This document shows positions 29,154 through 38,692 of a stretch of 64,000 nucleotides of DNA, piece after piece; position 1 is the stretch's first letter, and every line of letters begins with the position of its first letter. The notes beneath the pieces were generated by a model that saw only the letters and a program-made list of their open reading frames with translations, searched no databases and had not been told where the DNA came from. The DNA is from Muribaculaceae bacterium (lineage in GTDB: Bacteria > Bacteroidota > Bacteroidia > Bacteroidales > Muribaculaceae). A program made the translations under genes and the position numbers. The stretch is taken from positions 193,435 to 257,434 of the forward strand of contig JAMPII010000001.1 of assembly GCA_023662835.1 (NCBI GenBank). The letters are read 5' to 3'.

Positions 29154-29941
29154 TGGAAAAACTTACAATTATAAAAGTAGGAGGAAAAATAGTAGAGCAG
29201 CACGAATCGCTACTCAATCTGCTTGCCTCTTTCAAACAAATCGAAGGAAAAAAAATACTGGTACATGGAGGAGGTCGCTCGGCAACAGCTCTGGCAACTC
29301 AAATGGGCGTTGAAACAACCATGATCGACGGACGTCGCGTGACCGACACGCAGATGCTGCGCATTGTAACTATGGTTTATGCCGGTGAGGTTAACAAAAC
29401 TATTGTAGCCTCTCTTCAAGCTCTTGGCATAAATTCCATCGGTTTAACCGGAGCCGATGCTGATATCATTCTGTCGCACCGTCGAAAACCAACAGCACAA
29501 GCCGACTTTGGGTGGGTTGGCGACGTAGACCGCGTAAACCCAAAGCCATTGCATTTGCTTCTGGGTGCCGGAATAGTGCCGGTAATCGCACCACTCACCC
29601 ACGACGGACAAGGACACATGCTAAACACCAACGCCGACACAATGGCTCAAGCCGTGGCTACGGGAATGGCTTCCCTCTACAACGTTGATTTAATCTACAC
29701 CTTCGAGAAACCAGGCGTTATGAAAGCCAACAGCGACAGTCTCGACGACGTAATACCCCTCATCACTCCCCAATCATTCTCCAATTTGCGGGCCGACGGA
29801 ACCATATCGGGAGGCATGATACCAAAAATTGAGAATGCGCTAGAAGCCCTGCGTCAAGGTGTGAGACAAGTGAAAATCACTTTAGCCGACAACATCCATA
29901 ACCCATCGGCCGGCACAAGAATAAAACTACAGGAACAGTAA
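29153..29941 (+). CDS. argB: Acetylglutamate kinase (amino-acid kinase family)
   Basis: 262 aa from ATG 29153 (MEKLTIIKVGGKIVE...LVHGGG). The start overlaps the prfB stop by 1 nt (TAATG). The longer track ORF from 28997 runs inside prfB. Confidence 0.85.
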   Translation: MEKLTIIKVGGKIVEQHESLLNLLASFKQIEGKKILVHGGGRSATALATQMGVETTMIDGRRVTDTQMLRIVTMVYAGEVNKTIVASLQALGINSIGLTGADADIILSHRRKPTAQADFGWVGDVDRVNPKPLHLLLGAGIVPVIAPLTHDGQGHMLNTNADTMAQAVATGMASLYNVDLIYTFEKPGVMKANSDSLDDVIPLITPQSFSNLRADGTISGGMIPKIENALEALRQGVRQVKITLADNIHNPSAGTRIKLQEQ

Positions 29942-29977
29942 CAATAGGTTGCCTAAATTTAATTCTACGCCAACAAC

Positions 29978-30625
29978 ATGAAACTATCAATCACGAAGGA
30001 GCAAATAGCGGAACTTCCCGACGTTACCTACTCAGGCAACATACATGTTGTTACAACTGAACAAGATGCCCAGAAAGCTCTGAACGCTATTTACCGTTCC
30101 AACATTGTTGGATTCGACACCGAAACAAAACCATCATTCACAAAAGGGCATAGAAACTCCGTGGCTCTGATTCAGATAGCTACACCAACCGATTGCTATC
30201 TGTTCCGTATAAACCGATTCGGATTCTGCAAAAGCCTCGTGGACTTCATGCAAAACAACCAGATAACCAAAATTGGGCTTTCGCTGCGCGACGATTTCCA
30301 CGTTCTTCACAACATAGCATCATTTGAGCCGCAAGGATTCATCGACTTGCAGCAATTCGTATCCAACTTCAGCATCGCCAACGCATCGCTCCAAAAAATA
30401 TTTGCCATTATTTTCAACCAGCGCATTTCAAAAAGACAGCAACTATCGAACTGGGAGGCAGATACACTAACCACACCTCAAATGAACTATGCAGCAATCG
30501 ACGCTTGGGCCTGCCTGAAAATATATAAATATTTAACATCCGGTTCATTTAATCCACAGCTATCTCCCTACCGTAGCGAACTTCAAGAAAACGAACAACA
30601 AAATAATATTTCGCCCCAAAGCTAG
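29978..30625 (+). CDS. 3'-5' exonuclease domain protein (DEDDy, RNase D-like)
   Basis: 215 aa with Exo I VGFDTETKP, an Exo II region (KIGLSLRDDFHVL) and Exo III YAAIDAWACLKIY. Confidence 0.75.
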   Translation: MKLSITKEQIAELPDVTYSGNIHVVTTEQDAQKALNAIYRSNIVGFDTETKPSFTKGHRNSVALIQIATPTDCYLFRINRFGFCKSLVDFMQNNQITKIGLSLRDDFHVLHNIASFEPQGFIDLQQFVSNFSIANASLQKIFAIIFNQRISKRQQLSNWEADTLTTPQMNYAAIDAWACLKIYKYLTSGSFNPQLSPYRSELQENEQQNNISPQS

Positions 30626-30645
30626 GATTTTACAAAGAAAAGAAC

Positions 30646-30653
30646 TAACTTTG
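30646..30653 (+). promoter_or_regulatory. Candidate -7 box (TAnnTTTG) for the yceD-rpmF-fabH operon
   Basis: TAACTTTG lies 25 nt upstream of GTG 30679. Confidence 0.45.
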
Positions 30654-30678
30654 CGGAGTTTTTCTAAAAGACACAATT

Positions 30679-31269
30679 GTGGGAAAATTTTCAGCATTCA
30701 ATCTGCCGCTAAAATCGTTGCCTACAGGCACTCATGATTTTGATTTCCATCTCGACAAAGAATTTTTCAAAAACATGGAAAGTTCCGATGTGCGTGACGG
30801 GAATATTGACGTACACGTAACTGTGGTCAATAAAGGCCATTTCTACGACCTAACGTTCAACGTCAATGGCGAAATAACCCTACTGTGCGACCGTTGTCTA
30901 GATGAAATGCAATGGCCTATCGACACACAATATCACATTGTTGTCAAATACGGTCCTGATTTCAACGACGATTCCGACGAATTGTTGGAAATACCTGAAA
31001 CCGACAACTACCTCAATGTGGCTTACATGATTTACGACACAATAGTCCTTGCAATACCTATAAAGCACGTTCATCCGCTTGGAAAATGTAATCGTGCAAT
31101 GAGCACCCTACTTAGAAAACATCGCTCACCTGGTTCGCTAGTCGACAGCGAGGACTCTGAATTGCAAGAAGAACTGCTCGACGACGAATTGCTCGACGAA
31201 GGCGACACATCCGAATCAGCTACCGACCCTCGCTGGGATGCACTCAAGAATCTAACTGACAACAATTAA
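30679..31269 (+). CDS. yceD: YceD/DUF177 family protein
   Basis: 196 aa with a Cys pair (LLCDRCLDEM), an acidic C-terminus and the canonical position directly upstream of rpmF. Confidence 0.7.
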   Translation: MGKFSAFNLPLKSLPTGTHDFDFHLDKEFFKNMESSDVRDGNIDVHVTVVNKGHFYDLTFNVNGEITLLCDRCLDEMQWPIDTQYHIVVKYGPDFNDDSDELLEIPETDNYLNVAYMIYDTIVLAIPIKHVHPLGKCNRAMSTLLRKHRSPGSLVDSEDSELQEELLDDELLDEGDTSESATDPRWDALKNLTDNN

Positions 31270-31299
31270 CAATAAATACAACAAATAAATCATACAACA

Positions 31300-31485
31300 A
31301 TGGCACATCCTAAACGAAAACAATCCAAAACCCGCACAGCCAAGCGCCGCACACACGACAAAGCCCTCGAGCCCACACTGGCAGTATGCTCTCACTGCGG
31401 TTCTTGGCATGTTTACCACTGCGTATGCCCTGTTTGCGGCTACTATCGCGGCAAAATAGCCATCGAAAAAGAAGCAGCCGTTTAA
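31300..31485 (+). CDS. rpmF: 50S ribosomal protein L32
   Basis: 61 aa. MAHPKRKQSKTRTAKRRTHDKA with the CxxC...CxxC zinc ribbon (CSHCG..CPVCG). Confidence 0.9.
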   Translation: MAHPKRKQSKTRTAKRRTHDKALEPTLAVCSHCGSWHVYHCVCPVCGYYRGKIAIEKEAAV

Positions 31486-31654
31486 TCGGCTCCGAAAGCT
31501 ATCGGTAAACAAACTATCCGCTTAAGGAATCAATTCCGGCGGTAATAACATAAGTCCCGGGAAAAGCTTGTCAAAAACGGCAAGGCGATTCCCCGGGAAA
31601 AAATGTTATATTCAACAAGCCGGTGTTATCAACCAACAAAAACCAATCGCACAA

Positions 31655-32638
31655 ATGTTAAACCCTCGCATAGCCGGAATAGCCTCATACGTTCCTGACG
31701 ACATTCTCGACAACGAGATGCTGTCGAAAATGGTCGAAACTAACGATGAATGGATCACAACCCGCGTCGGAATCAAACAACGCCGCATTCTTCGCGCCGA
31801 AGGAGAAGGTTCATCCTACCTTGGAATACAGGCTGTAAACAAACTTCTCAAATCGACAGGCGTAGCTCCCGACGACATCGATTTGCTCATCTGCGCAACC
31901 TCAAACCCCGACTATAGGTTCCCCTCGACAGGTTCAGTAATCGCCCACCAGTGCGGGCTTAAAAACTGCTACGCTTACGACATTCAGGCCGCTTGCGCCG
32001 GATTTCTGGTTGCACTCCAGGATGCAGCAGCTTATTGCCGCGCAGGCATGTACAAAAATATAGTTGTAGTTGCTGCTGAAAAAATGTCGTCAATGGTAAA
32101 CTATAGCGACCGAACAACATGCACTCTCTTTGGCGACGGTGCAGGCTGTATGCTGATTCAACCAACAGAAAAAAATGTCGGTATCGTCGATGGTGTATTC
32201 CATGTCGACGGAGAAGGACTTCCCCACCTGCTGATGAAAGCAGGCGGATCAGTACGTCCCGCTTGTCAGGAAACTCTCGACGGCGGCGAGCACTTCCTAT
32301 ATCAAGAAGGCCGTGCCGTTTACAAACACGCAGTTTCCGACATGCTCAGCTCATCGCTTAAAGTCATGGAACGCAACAACTTGTCAATTGACAACATCGA
32401 CTGGCTTGTTCCTCATCAGGCAAACCTCCGTATAATCGAAGCTGTTGCCGAACGCACCGGAATTGACCACGAAAAAGTACTGGTAAACATTGAACGCTAC
32501 GGAAACACTTCGGCAGCTTCCATTCCACTTTGTCTCGACGAATACAAAAACAAGCTAAAACCGGGCGATAAAATAATCCTCACAGCATTTGGTGCCGGTT
32601 TCACCTGGGGAGCACTCTATGTTATTTGGGATTTATAA
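31655..32638 (+). CDS. fabH: Beta-ketoacyl-ACP synthase III
   Basis: 327 aa from ATG 31655 (MLNPRIAGIASYVPDDILDNEMLSKMVETNDEWITTRVGIKQRRIL). The active-site Cys context is AACAGF, and the HQAN and GNTSAAS motifs are present. Confidence 0.9.
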   Translation: MLNPRIAGIASYVPDDILDNEMLSKMVETNDEWITTRVGIKQRRILRAEGEGSSYLGIQAVNKLLKSTGVAPDDIDLLICATSNPDYRFPSTGSVIAHQCGLKNCYAYDIQAACAGFLVALQDAAAYCRAGMYKNIVVVAAEKMSSMVNYSDRTTCTLFGDGAGCMLIQPTEKNVGIVDGVFHVDGEGLPHLLMKAGGSVRPACQETLDGGEHFLYQEGRAVYKHAVSDMLSSSLKVMERNNLSIDNIDWLVPHQANLRIIEAVAERTGIDHEKVLVNIERYGNTSAASIPLCLDEYKNKLKPGDKIILTAFGAGFTWGALYVIWDL

Positions 32639-32640
32639 TT

Positions 32641-32662
32641 CAACTTTCGCAACCGAAAGTTG
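32641..32662 (+). terminator. 9-bp perfect hairpin immediately after fabH
   Basis: CAACTTTCG-caac-CGAAAGTTG starts 3 nt after the stop. No T tract follows, so it may be a processing or stability element. Confidence 0.35.
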
Positions 32663-32699
32663 ATGGTTATGAATTAATATAAAAAAAAATAAAAGCTAC

Positions 32700-32740
32700 A
32701 AGGCGATATGTCACATTCGGCATATCGCCTTTTTATATAT
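32700..32740 (+). terminator. Intrinsic terminator after fabH
   Basis: AAGGCGATATG-tcacattcg-CATATCGCCTT (11 bp) is followed by TTTTATAT. Confidence 0.7.
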
Positions 32741-32793
32741 CGTCGCCAGCTACAGCTACCGCCAACGTTGTTGCGTAATAATGATTTTTTGTA

Positions 32794-32801
32794 TATATTT
32801 G
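32794..32801 (+). promoter_or_regulatory. Candidate -7 box (TAnnTTTG) for dnaX
   Basis: TATATTTG lies 29 nt upstream of ATG 32831. This supports the shorter dnaX start. Confidence 0.4.
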
Positions 32802-32830
32802 CTTCTATAACCCACTCACTAGATTCCATA

Positions 32831-34573
32831 ATGGAAAATTATATAGTATCAGCCCGTAAATATCGTCCCTCAACATTCGCTTCAGTTGTCGGGCAGAAGG
32901 CTCTGACAACAACCCTGCAAAACTCTATTGCAAAAAACAGGCTGGCTCATGCCTATCTGTTTACCGGTTCACGCGGTGTCGGCAAAACCTCATGTGCCCG
33001 CATATTTGCAAAAACAATAAACTGCCAACATCGCACCCCCGACGGAGAAGCGTGCAACCACTGCCAATCATGCATCGAATTCAATAAAGGAACATCACTA
33101 AATATTGTCGAACTTGATGCAGCCTCCAACAATGGAGTCGACGATATCCGCTCACTCACCGAACAAGTGCAAGTGCCGCCAATCAACGCTCTTTACCGCG
33201 TTTTTATCGTCGATGAGGTTCACATGCTATCGCCAGCCGCTTTCAATGCTTTTTTGAAAACCCTGGAGGAACCGCCATCATACGTAATCTTTATTCTCGC
33301 TACAACCGAGAAGCATAAAATAATACCAACAATTCTCTCCCGCTGTCAAATTTACGACTTCTCACGAATCACCATTCAGGATATCGTTGATCACCTGAGC
33401 TACGTAGCTTCGCAAGAAAACATCAATGCGGAGGAAGCTGCACTCAACGTAATTGCCCGTAAGGCCGACGGTGCAATGCGCGATGCACTTTCTATTTTCG
33501 ACCAAGTAGCAGCCTCATCCTCAGGCAACGTCACATATGCCGCTACAATTGAGAATCTAAACATTCTCGACTATGAATACTACGACCGCCTGGTTGAAGC
33601 CTTTATAGCCAGCGACGTCACAACATCATTATTGATCTACAAAGAAATACGCGACAAAGGCTTCGATTCGCAATTCTTTATAAACGGGTTGGCACAGCAT
33701 TTTCGCGACCTTATGGTTGCTCGCGACCCAAAAACAATTCAATTGCTTGAAGCAGCCGACAATGCGCGCGCGGCAATGGCAGCCGTAGCGGCTAAATGCA
33801 CTCCACAGTTCCTTTACAAAGCTATGGACTTATGCAACACTGCCGATCTGAACTACCGCTCCGCCACCAACAAACAGTTCCTTGTCGAACTCACGCTCAT
33901 CAAACTCTGCCAACAACTTAGCCCCTCGCCCCGTAACGACGGCGCAGACGAGGGGCAACTTCGCCCTATAGCCGCAAAGCCTAGGGAGCACGCGCCGTCA
34001 ACCCCCGTAACAACAGATTCGCCCAAACATCAGTCGGCGCCACAGCCACCAGCAAAACCATCAGCAGCATCAATTCCTACGCCACCAGCACAGCCCAAGC
34101 CACATGTTATCAGAAACCATCGGCTCGCCTCAATTTCAATCAATACTAATCCGACAAAAGAAGTCGAAACCACTCAGACAGCAGCAACGCCAACTGTTGC
34201 ATTAAATAACAACTTCACCAACGACGAGTTGAATACCGTTTGGCAAGAATTCATTCTCAACCACCCAACCGAGCATCTACTCCGCAACGCAATGAGAAAT
34301 TGCATACTGTCGCGCAACCCTCAAAACCCAAATCACATTACAGCCACAGTCGAATCCGAAGCCATACGCGATTCAATCCATCAAGGACTACCTCTACTCA
34401 CCCAAGAGCTTCAAACAAAACTAAAGAACGCGTCGATACTACTCAATATTGAGCTTAACAAAGAGCAAGTATCAGCCACATCGCTCACCGACGCCCAAGC
34501 ATTTGCCCTCATGCGCAAAAACCACCCATACCTCAACACACTCATCGCCGACCTGCACCTAACAATGATTTAA
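32831..34573 (+). CDS. dnaX: DNA polymerase III subunit gamma/tau
   Basis: 580 aa from MENYIVSARKYRPSTF. Motifs seen are Walker A GSRGVGKTS, a zinc module CNHCQSC, FIVDEVHML and LSRCQ. A Pro/Ala-rich linker precedes the C-terminal tau-like region. Confidence 0.9.
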   Translation: MENYIVSARKYRPSTFASVVGQKALTTTLQNSIAKNRLAHAYLFTGSRGVGKTSCARIFAKTINCQHRTPDGEACNHCQSCIEFNKGTSLNIVELDAASNNGVDDIRSLTEQVQVPPINALYRVFIVDEVHMLSPAAFNAFLKTLEEPPSYVIFILATTEKHKIIPTILSRCQIYDFSRITIQDIVDHLSYVASQENINAEEAALNVIARKADGAMRDALSIFDQVAASSSGNVTYAATIENLNILDYEYYDRLVEAFIASDVTTSLLIYKEIRDKGFDSQFFINGLAQHFRDLMVARDPKTIQLLEAADNARAAMAAVAAKCTPQFLYKAMDLCNTADLNYRSATNKQFLVELTLIKLCQQLSPSPRNDGADEGQLRPIAAKPREHAPSTPVTTDSPKHQSAPQPPAKPSAASIPTPPAQPKPHVIRNHRLASISINTNPTKEVETTQTAATPTVALNNNFTNDELNTVWQEFILNHPTEHLLRNAMRNCILSRNPQNPNHITATVESEAIRDSIHQGLPLLTQELQTKLKNASILLNIELNKEQVSATSLTDAQAFALMRKNHPYLNTLIADLHLTMI

Positions 34574-34642
34574 AATCAATTCATCTTCCACGTATACACA
34601 TATAAAAAAAGAAAAAACCTCTGATAATAGGTAACTTTTCAC

Positions 34643-34650
34643 TAATTTTG
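34643..34650 (+). promoter_or_regulatory. Candidate -7 box (TAnnTTTG) for topA
   Basis: TAATTTTG lies 15 nt upstream of ATG 34666. Confidence 0.4.
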
Positions 34651-34665
34651 CGCAAAATTTCAGTA

Positions 34666-36990
34666 ATGGCAAAAAACTTAGTTATAGTAGAGTCGCCTGC
34701 CAAGGCTAAAACTATTGAAAAATTTCTAGGAAAAGACTTCAAAGTTCTATCCAGCTATGGCCACATCCGCGACCTCAACAAAAAAAAGATAAGCATAGAA
34801 ATAGACAACGGTTTCACTCCTGTTTATGAAATTCCAGACGACAAGAAAGCTCTTGTTGCCGACCTGCGCAAAGCCGCTTCTGAAGCTGAAACCGTATGGT
34901 TAGCTTCCGATGAGGACCGTGAAGGAGAAGCTATAGCCTGGCATCTGTGTGAAGTGTTAGGATTAGATCCGGCAACTACCCGCCGTATCGTATTCCACGA
35001 AATCACAAAAGGGGCAATCGAAAACGCAATAAAACACCCGCGCACTATCGACATCGACCGCGTCGATGCCCAACAGGCTCGCCGTGTGCTCGACCGCATT
35101 GTCGGTTTCGAACTTTCGCCAGTACTTTGGAAAAAGATTAAACCTTCACTCTCGGCCGGTCGAGTCCAATCTGTAGCCGTACGGTTGATTGTGGAACGCG
35201 AGAATGAAATAACGGCATTCAAAGCCGAACCATACTTCCGCATTACAGCCGACTTCGTGACAGAGGGCACCGACGCACGCTTGACAGGCGCTCTATCGGA
35301 ACGCATGCCCGATTTAGAATCGGCCAACAAATTCCTTGCCGATTGCATAGGTGCAACATATACGGTCAGCTCGGTACAAAGCAAACCGCTCACACGCCAA
35401 CCGGCACCTCCTTTCACAACCTCAACTCTCCAGCAAGAAGCGTCCAGAAAACTAGGCATGACGGTGTCACAAACCATGGCATTAGCTCAGCGTCTTTACG
35501 AAGCAGGTCATATAACATACATGCGTACCGACTCTCTAAATCTGTCGGAAATTGCACAAAAAGCCATTGCAGCCGAAATTACAACAGCAGTTGGTTCTGA
35601 CTACCTCAAACCACGTCAATACCATACAGCATCGAAAGGCGCCCAGGAAGCTCACGAAGCAATCCGACCAACCGATATCGCTACCTGTGAAATAAGCGGC
35701 ACCGTTCAGGAAAAACGGCTATACAACCTAATTTGGAAACGGACAGTAGCCTCGCAAATGTCCGACGCTCGCATCGAAAAAACAACAATTGAAATACAAC
35801 CGTCCACCCGGAATGAAAACTTCGTTGCAACAGCCGAAGCTATTGTTTTCGACGGTTTCCTCCGTCTTTACACCGAAAGCCACGACGAGTCCGACGAGCC
35901 CGGACAGCCTATAGTGCTTCCGCCTTTGAAAAACGGCGACAAACTCGAAGCTATATCTGTAACAGCAACCGAACGCTTCACCCAACAACCACCACGCTAC
36001 ACCGAAGCTTCGCTTGTAAAAAAAATGGAAGAACTTGGCATTGGACGTCCATCAACATATGCGCCTACAATTTCTACAATACAGGCGCGGGAATACATTA
36101 TGAAAGGACAGAACGAAGGACAGCCTCGCAACTTCATAGTATCAACGCTCAAAGATGGTAAAATCACCTCTGACACCCATACCGAACTGACAGGAGGAGA
36201 CAAAGGCCGACTTCTTCCAACCGACATCGGAATGATTGTCAACGACTTCCTCATTCAATACTTCCCCGGGATACTCGACTATGATTTCACCGCACGCATG
36301 GAAGAGAAATTCGACCTCATAGCTGAAGGCAAACTGCCATGGTCGGACGAAATAGCCACGTTCTACAAACTATTCCACCCCGATGTGGAAAATGCACTTT
36401 CAATGCGACTAGAGCACAAAGTTGGCGAACGAGTTCTAGGCAAACACCCTGTGAGCGGCAAAACCGTATCGGTAAAGATTGGTCGTTTTGGCCCACTTAT
36501 TCAAATTGGCGAAGCCGACACAGACGAAAAACCCCTGTTCGCATCGTTGTTGAAAGATCAATCTATGTCGACAATCACACTCGAACAAGCGCTGCAATTA
36601 TTCGAATTTCCTCGCGAACTTGGTTCATACGAAGACTCCGACGTATCTGTTGCCGTTGGTCGCTTCGGTCCATACGTGAAACACAACGGAAAGTTCATTT
36701 CTATACCAAAAGAAATTGCGCCTACCGAAATCACTCTGGATCAAGCCATTGAGTTAATACAAGCAAAACGCGAAGCAGAAAGCAAAAAGCTTGTAAAAAC
36801 ATTTAGCGAAGAACCTGATTTGCAAATACTCAACGGCCGCTATGGCGTATATATCGCATACAAGAAATCGAACTACAAGATTCCCAAGACCGTTCAGAAT
36901 CCGGCAGAGCTCACAATTGAGCAATGTCGCGACATTATAGCCCAACAGGATGCCAAACCACAAAGAACAACCCGAAGAATCCGCAAATAA
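34666..36990 (+). CDS. topA: DNA topoisomerase I
   Basis: 774 aa from MAKNLVIVESPAKAKTIEKFLG. It has a Toprim domain (ASDEDREGEAIAWH) and the active-site Tyr region (GHITYMRTDS). The C-terminal repeats lack zinc-finger cysteines. Confidence 0.95.
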   Translation: MAKNLVIVESPAKAKTIEKFLGKDFKVLSSYGHIRDLNKKKISIEIDNGFTPVYEIPDDKKALVADLRKAASEAETVWLASDEDREGEAIAWHLCEVLGLDPATTRRIVFHEITKGAIENAIKHPRTIDIDRVDAQQARRVLDRIVGFELSPVLWKKIKPSLSAGRVQSVAVRLIVERENEITAFKAEPYFRITADFVTEGTDARLTGALSERMPDLESANKFLADCIGATYTVSSVQSKPLTRQPAPPFTTSTLQQEASRKLGMTVSQTMALAQRLYEAGHITYMRTDSLNLSEIAQKAIAAEITTAVGSDYLKPRQYHTASKGAQEAHEAIRPTDIATCEISGTVQEKRLYNLIWKRTVASQMSDARIEKTTIEIQPSTRNENFVATAEAIVFDGFLRLYTESHDESDEPGQPIVLPPLKNGDKLEAISVTATERFTQQPPRYTEASLVKKMEELGIGRPSTYAPTISTIQAREYIMKGQNEGQPRNFIVSTLKDGKITSDTHTELTGGDKGRLLPTDIGMIVNDFLIQYFPGILDYDFTARMEEKFDLIAEGKLPWSDEIATFYKLFHPDVENALSMRLEHKVGERVLGKHPVSGKTVSVKIGRFGPLIQIGEADTDEKPLFASLLKDQSMSTITLEQALQLFEFPRELGSYEDSDVSVAVGRFGPYVKHNGKFISIPKEIAPTEITLDQAIELIQAKREAESKKLVKTFSEEPDLQILNGRYGVYIAYKKSNYKIPKTVQNPAELTIEQCRDIIAQQDAKPQRTTRRIRK

Positions 36991-36995
36991 CAATT

Positions 36996-37925
36996 ATGCC
37001 ACGTCCACAAAATCAACAACCACGCCGCCCGAAACCAGACGTAATTGAGACATATCCTGTTAATACGGAACACCAGCTGCTTCCATTTCTCATCGAATCG
37101 ATGCCGATGCGAAAGCGTACGGTTGTTAAAAACATGTTGCGCCATAATCAGGTGGCGGTTAACGGCAAACCAATAACTCTCAATAGCACTCCACTCAACC
37201 CGGGCGACAAAGTGGAAGTGAACCTCACACGCGAATTTCGCGTCTTCCAAAATCGCCGCATGAAGATTATCTACGAAGACGACGATGTTATTGTTATCGA
37301 AAAAGGCTACGGACTGTTATCGATGGCTTCCGACAGAAAGCAGAAAGACAAGCCTGAAGAAACTGCCTATTCAATTCTTCGCGAATACTTCAAATGGCAC
37401 TCGCCTGACAACAAAGTGTTTATCGTTCACCGTCTGGATCAGAACACATCGGGTTTAATGATGCTGGCAAAAAACGTGGAAGCCAAGGACACTATGCAGC
37501 ACAACTGGAACAACATGGTGCTTCAGCGCAAATATATTGCCGTTGTTGAGGGATATATCGACGACGATCAAGGTGAAGTTCGCAGCTATCTGGCAGAGAC
37601 TTCACAACACGAAGTTTACTCAACAGAAAACCCGCAAGAAGGGAAATTGGCAGTCACTCGCTACCGTGTACTAAAACGGAGCTGCGGACATACAATGCTT
37701 GAGGTGGAACTCGACACCGGACGCAAAAACCAAATACGCGTTCATATGAAGGACCTTGGCCATCCAATTGCCGGCGATCGCAAATACGGTGCCCGCTCTA
37801 CGGCCATACACAGACTGGCTTTGCATGCTCAAACCTTGCGCTTCGCCCACCCTGTAACGCGCCGCGACATGAACTTTACAACGCCGATTCCCGGCTCTTT
37901 CTATAAACTTGTAGGCGGGAAATAG
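36996..37925 (+). CDS. RluA-family pseudouridine synthase with S4 domain
   Basis: 309 aa from ATG 36996, 5 nt after the topA stop. It has an S4-like N-terminus and the catalytic motif HRLDQNTSGLMMLAK, plus GRKNQIRVH. Confidence 0.85.
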   Translation: MPRPQNQQPRRPKPDVIETYPVNTEHQLLPFLIESMPMRKRTVVKNMLRHNQVAVNGKPITLNSTPLNPGDKVEVNLTREFRVFQNRRMKIIYEDDDVIVIEKGYGLLSMASDRKQKDKPEETAYSILREYFKWHSPDNKVFIVHRLDQNTSGLMMLAKNVEAKDTMQHNWNNMVLQRKYIAVVEGYIDDDQGEVRSYLAETSQHEVYSTENPQEGKLAVTRYRVLKRSCGHTMLEVELDTGRKNQIRVHMKDLGHPIAGDRKYGARSTAIHRLALHAQTLRFAHPVTRRDMNFTTPIPGSFYKLVGGK

Positions 37926-37939
37926 CCGCCTACAAGTTT
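37905..37939. terminator. 14-bp perfect hairpin spanning the pseudouridine synthase stop codon, between convergent genes
   Basis: AAACTTGTAGGCGG-gaaatag-CCGCCTACAAGTTT, with the TAG stop in the loop. No T tract on either side. Confidence 0.45.
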
Positions 37940-38012
37940 GAAGAGCCATATCATAAAATTTCAGGAGACTATCCGGAATTAAGCCATGCTCATCCGCAGG
38001 CTAAGGCTAAGA

Positions 38013-38522
38013 CTATAGTTTGTTAACCTCCTTAATCTTCACAGCACGGTTAATTTCGTAGTTTTCGCATGCCATGTATGCGTTTTTGCAAATCCAAATA
38101 TATTCACAATCATTTGGCATATATGCTGTGCTAGAAGTGTAGGAATAGTCAAGTGCATATACTTTCTGGTAGCCGTCGCCCATGGAAATATGGGTCGTTG
38201 ACCATTTACCGGTGAATTCTTCAGTCTTATTCTCTTCCCATCTATAATCGGGATAATATCCTTTTCTTTGCTCGACAACTAACATTCCTTTAAGTTTACC
38301 ATTTTTCAGAACTTGAACGGTAACTGTGTTACGATAGGTCCAATAGTCTTCAAATTCAAATGAATATGAAATCTCGAATGGTGGATTATATACGTCATCT
38401 TCTAAAATCGTTTCAACGCCATCTTCACCTGCCTGATTCTGTTCCTTATTTGCGGAACCCGAGCATGCTGCCATTGCACATAGTGCAACTGTTGTTGCGA
38501 AAGCAAGAAAAACTTTATTCAT
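38013..38522 (-). CDS. Lipoprotein of unknown function
   Basis: 169 aa from the MNKVFLAFATTVALCAMAACSG lipobox start. A -7 box at 38568-38575 lies inside the longer track ORF, which supports the shorter start. Confidence 0.5.
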   Translation of the reverse strand: MNKVFLAFATTVALCAMAACSGSANKEQNQAGEDGVETILEDDVYNPPFEISYSFEFEDYWTYRNTVTVQVLKNGKLKGMLVVEQRKGYYPDYRWEENKTEEFTGKWSTTHISMGDGYQKVYALDYSYTSSTAYMPNDCEYIWICKNAYMACENYEINRAVKIKEVNKL

Positions 38523-38567
38523 TTTTATAATTGGTTTGATTAAAAAGTATTTGTTTATGGTATTGTA

Positions 38568-38575
38568 CAAAGTTA
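38568..38575 (-). promoter_or_regulatory. Candidate -7 box (TAnnTTTG) for the lipoprotein gene
   Basis: Plus strand reads CAAAGTTA, which is TAACTTTG on the minus strand. It lies 45 nt upstream of ATG 38522. Confidence 0.35.
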
Positions 38576-38692
38576 GTCCATCGGGAGGTTTGTGTATCCG
38601 GACATCTGGCTATGTGTTACTTTAACTGATTCGACTCGGTTTTTCTGAGCCGGTTACCCAAAACTAAAGGCTTGATGGATTTTTATGTTCAA

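Noticed and set aside
31555-31598. Hairpin TCCCGGG...CCCGGGA and a GGAAT-ca-ATTCC palindrome (31525-31536) in the 170-nt rpmF-fabH spacer, considered as a terminator or a fatty-acid regulator operator.
   Set aside because: An A tract rather than a T tract follows the hairpin. The stems are short and I cannot match them to a known operator consensus. Noted only as a possible processing or regulatory site.
31568-31654. Upstream extensions of track ORFs: fabH from 31568, dnaX from 32708, topA from 34648, the pseudouridine synthase from 36924, the lipoprotein from 38570, the T9SS-tail protein from 43827 and the lipoprotein from 51356.
   Set aside because: In each case the family homology or signal peptide starts at an internal Met. 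The extension runs through a terminator hairpin, a -7 promoter box or the preceding gene.
32831-34573. A possible -1 programmed frameshift in dnaX (gamma versus tau), as in E. coli.
   Set aside because: By eye there is no A AAA AAG-type slippery heptamer in the dnaX frame. The A-rich run at about 34600 lies after the stop codon.
34824-35477. 217-aa ORF antisense to topA.
   Set aside because: It lies wholly inside the highly conserved topA frame. It has an Arg/Ser/Ala-rich composition typical of antisense frames, with no start context or promoter box.
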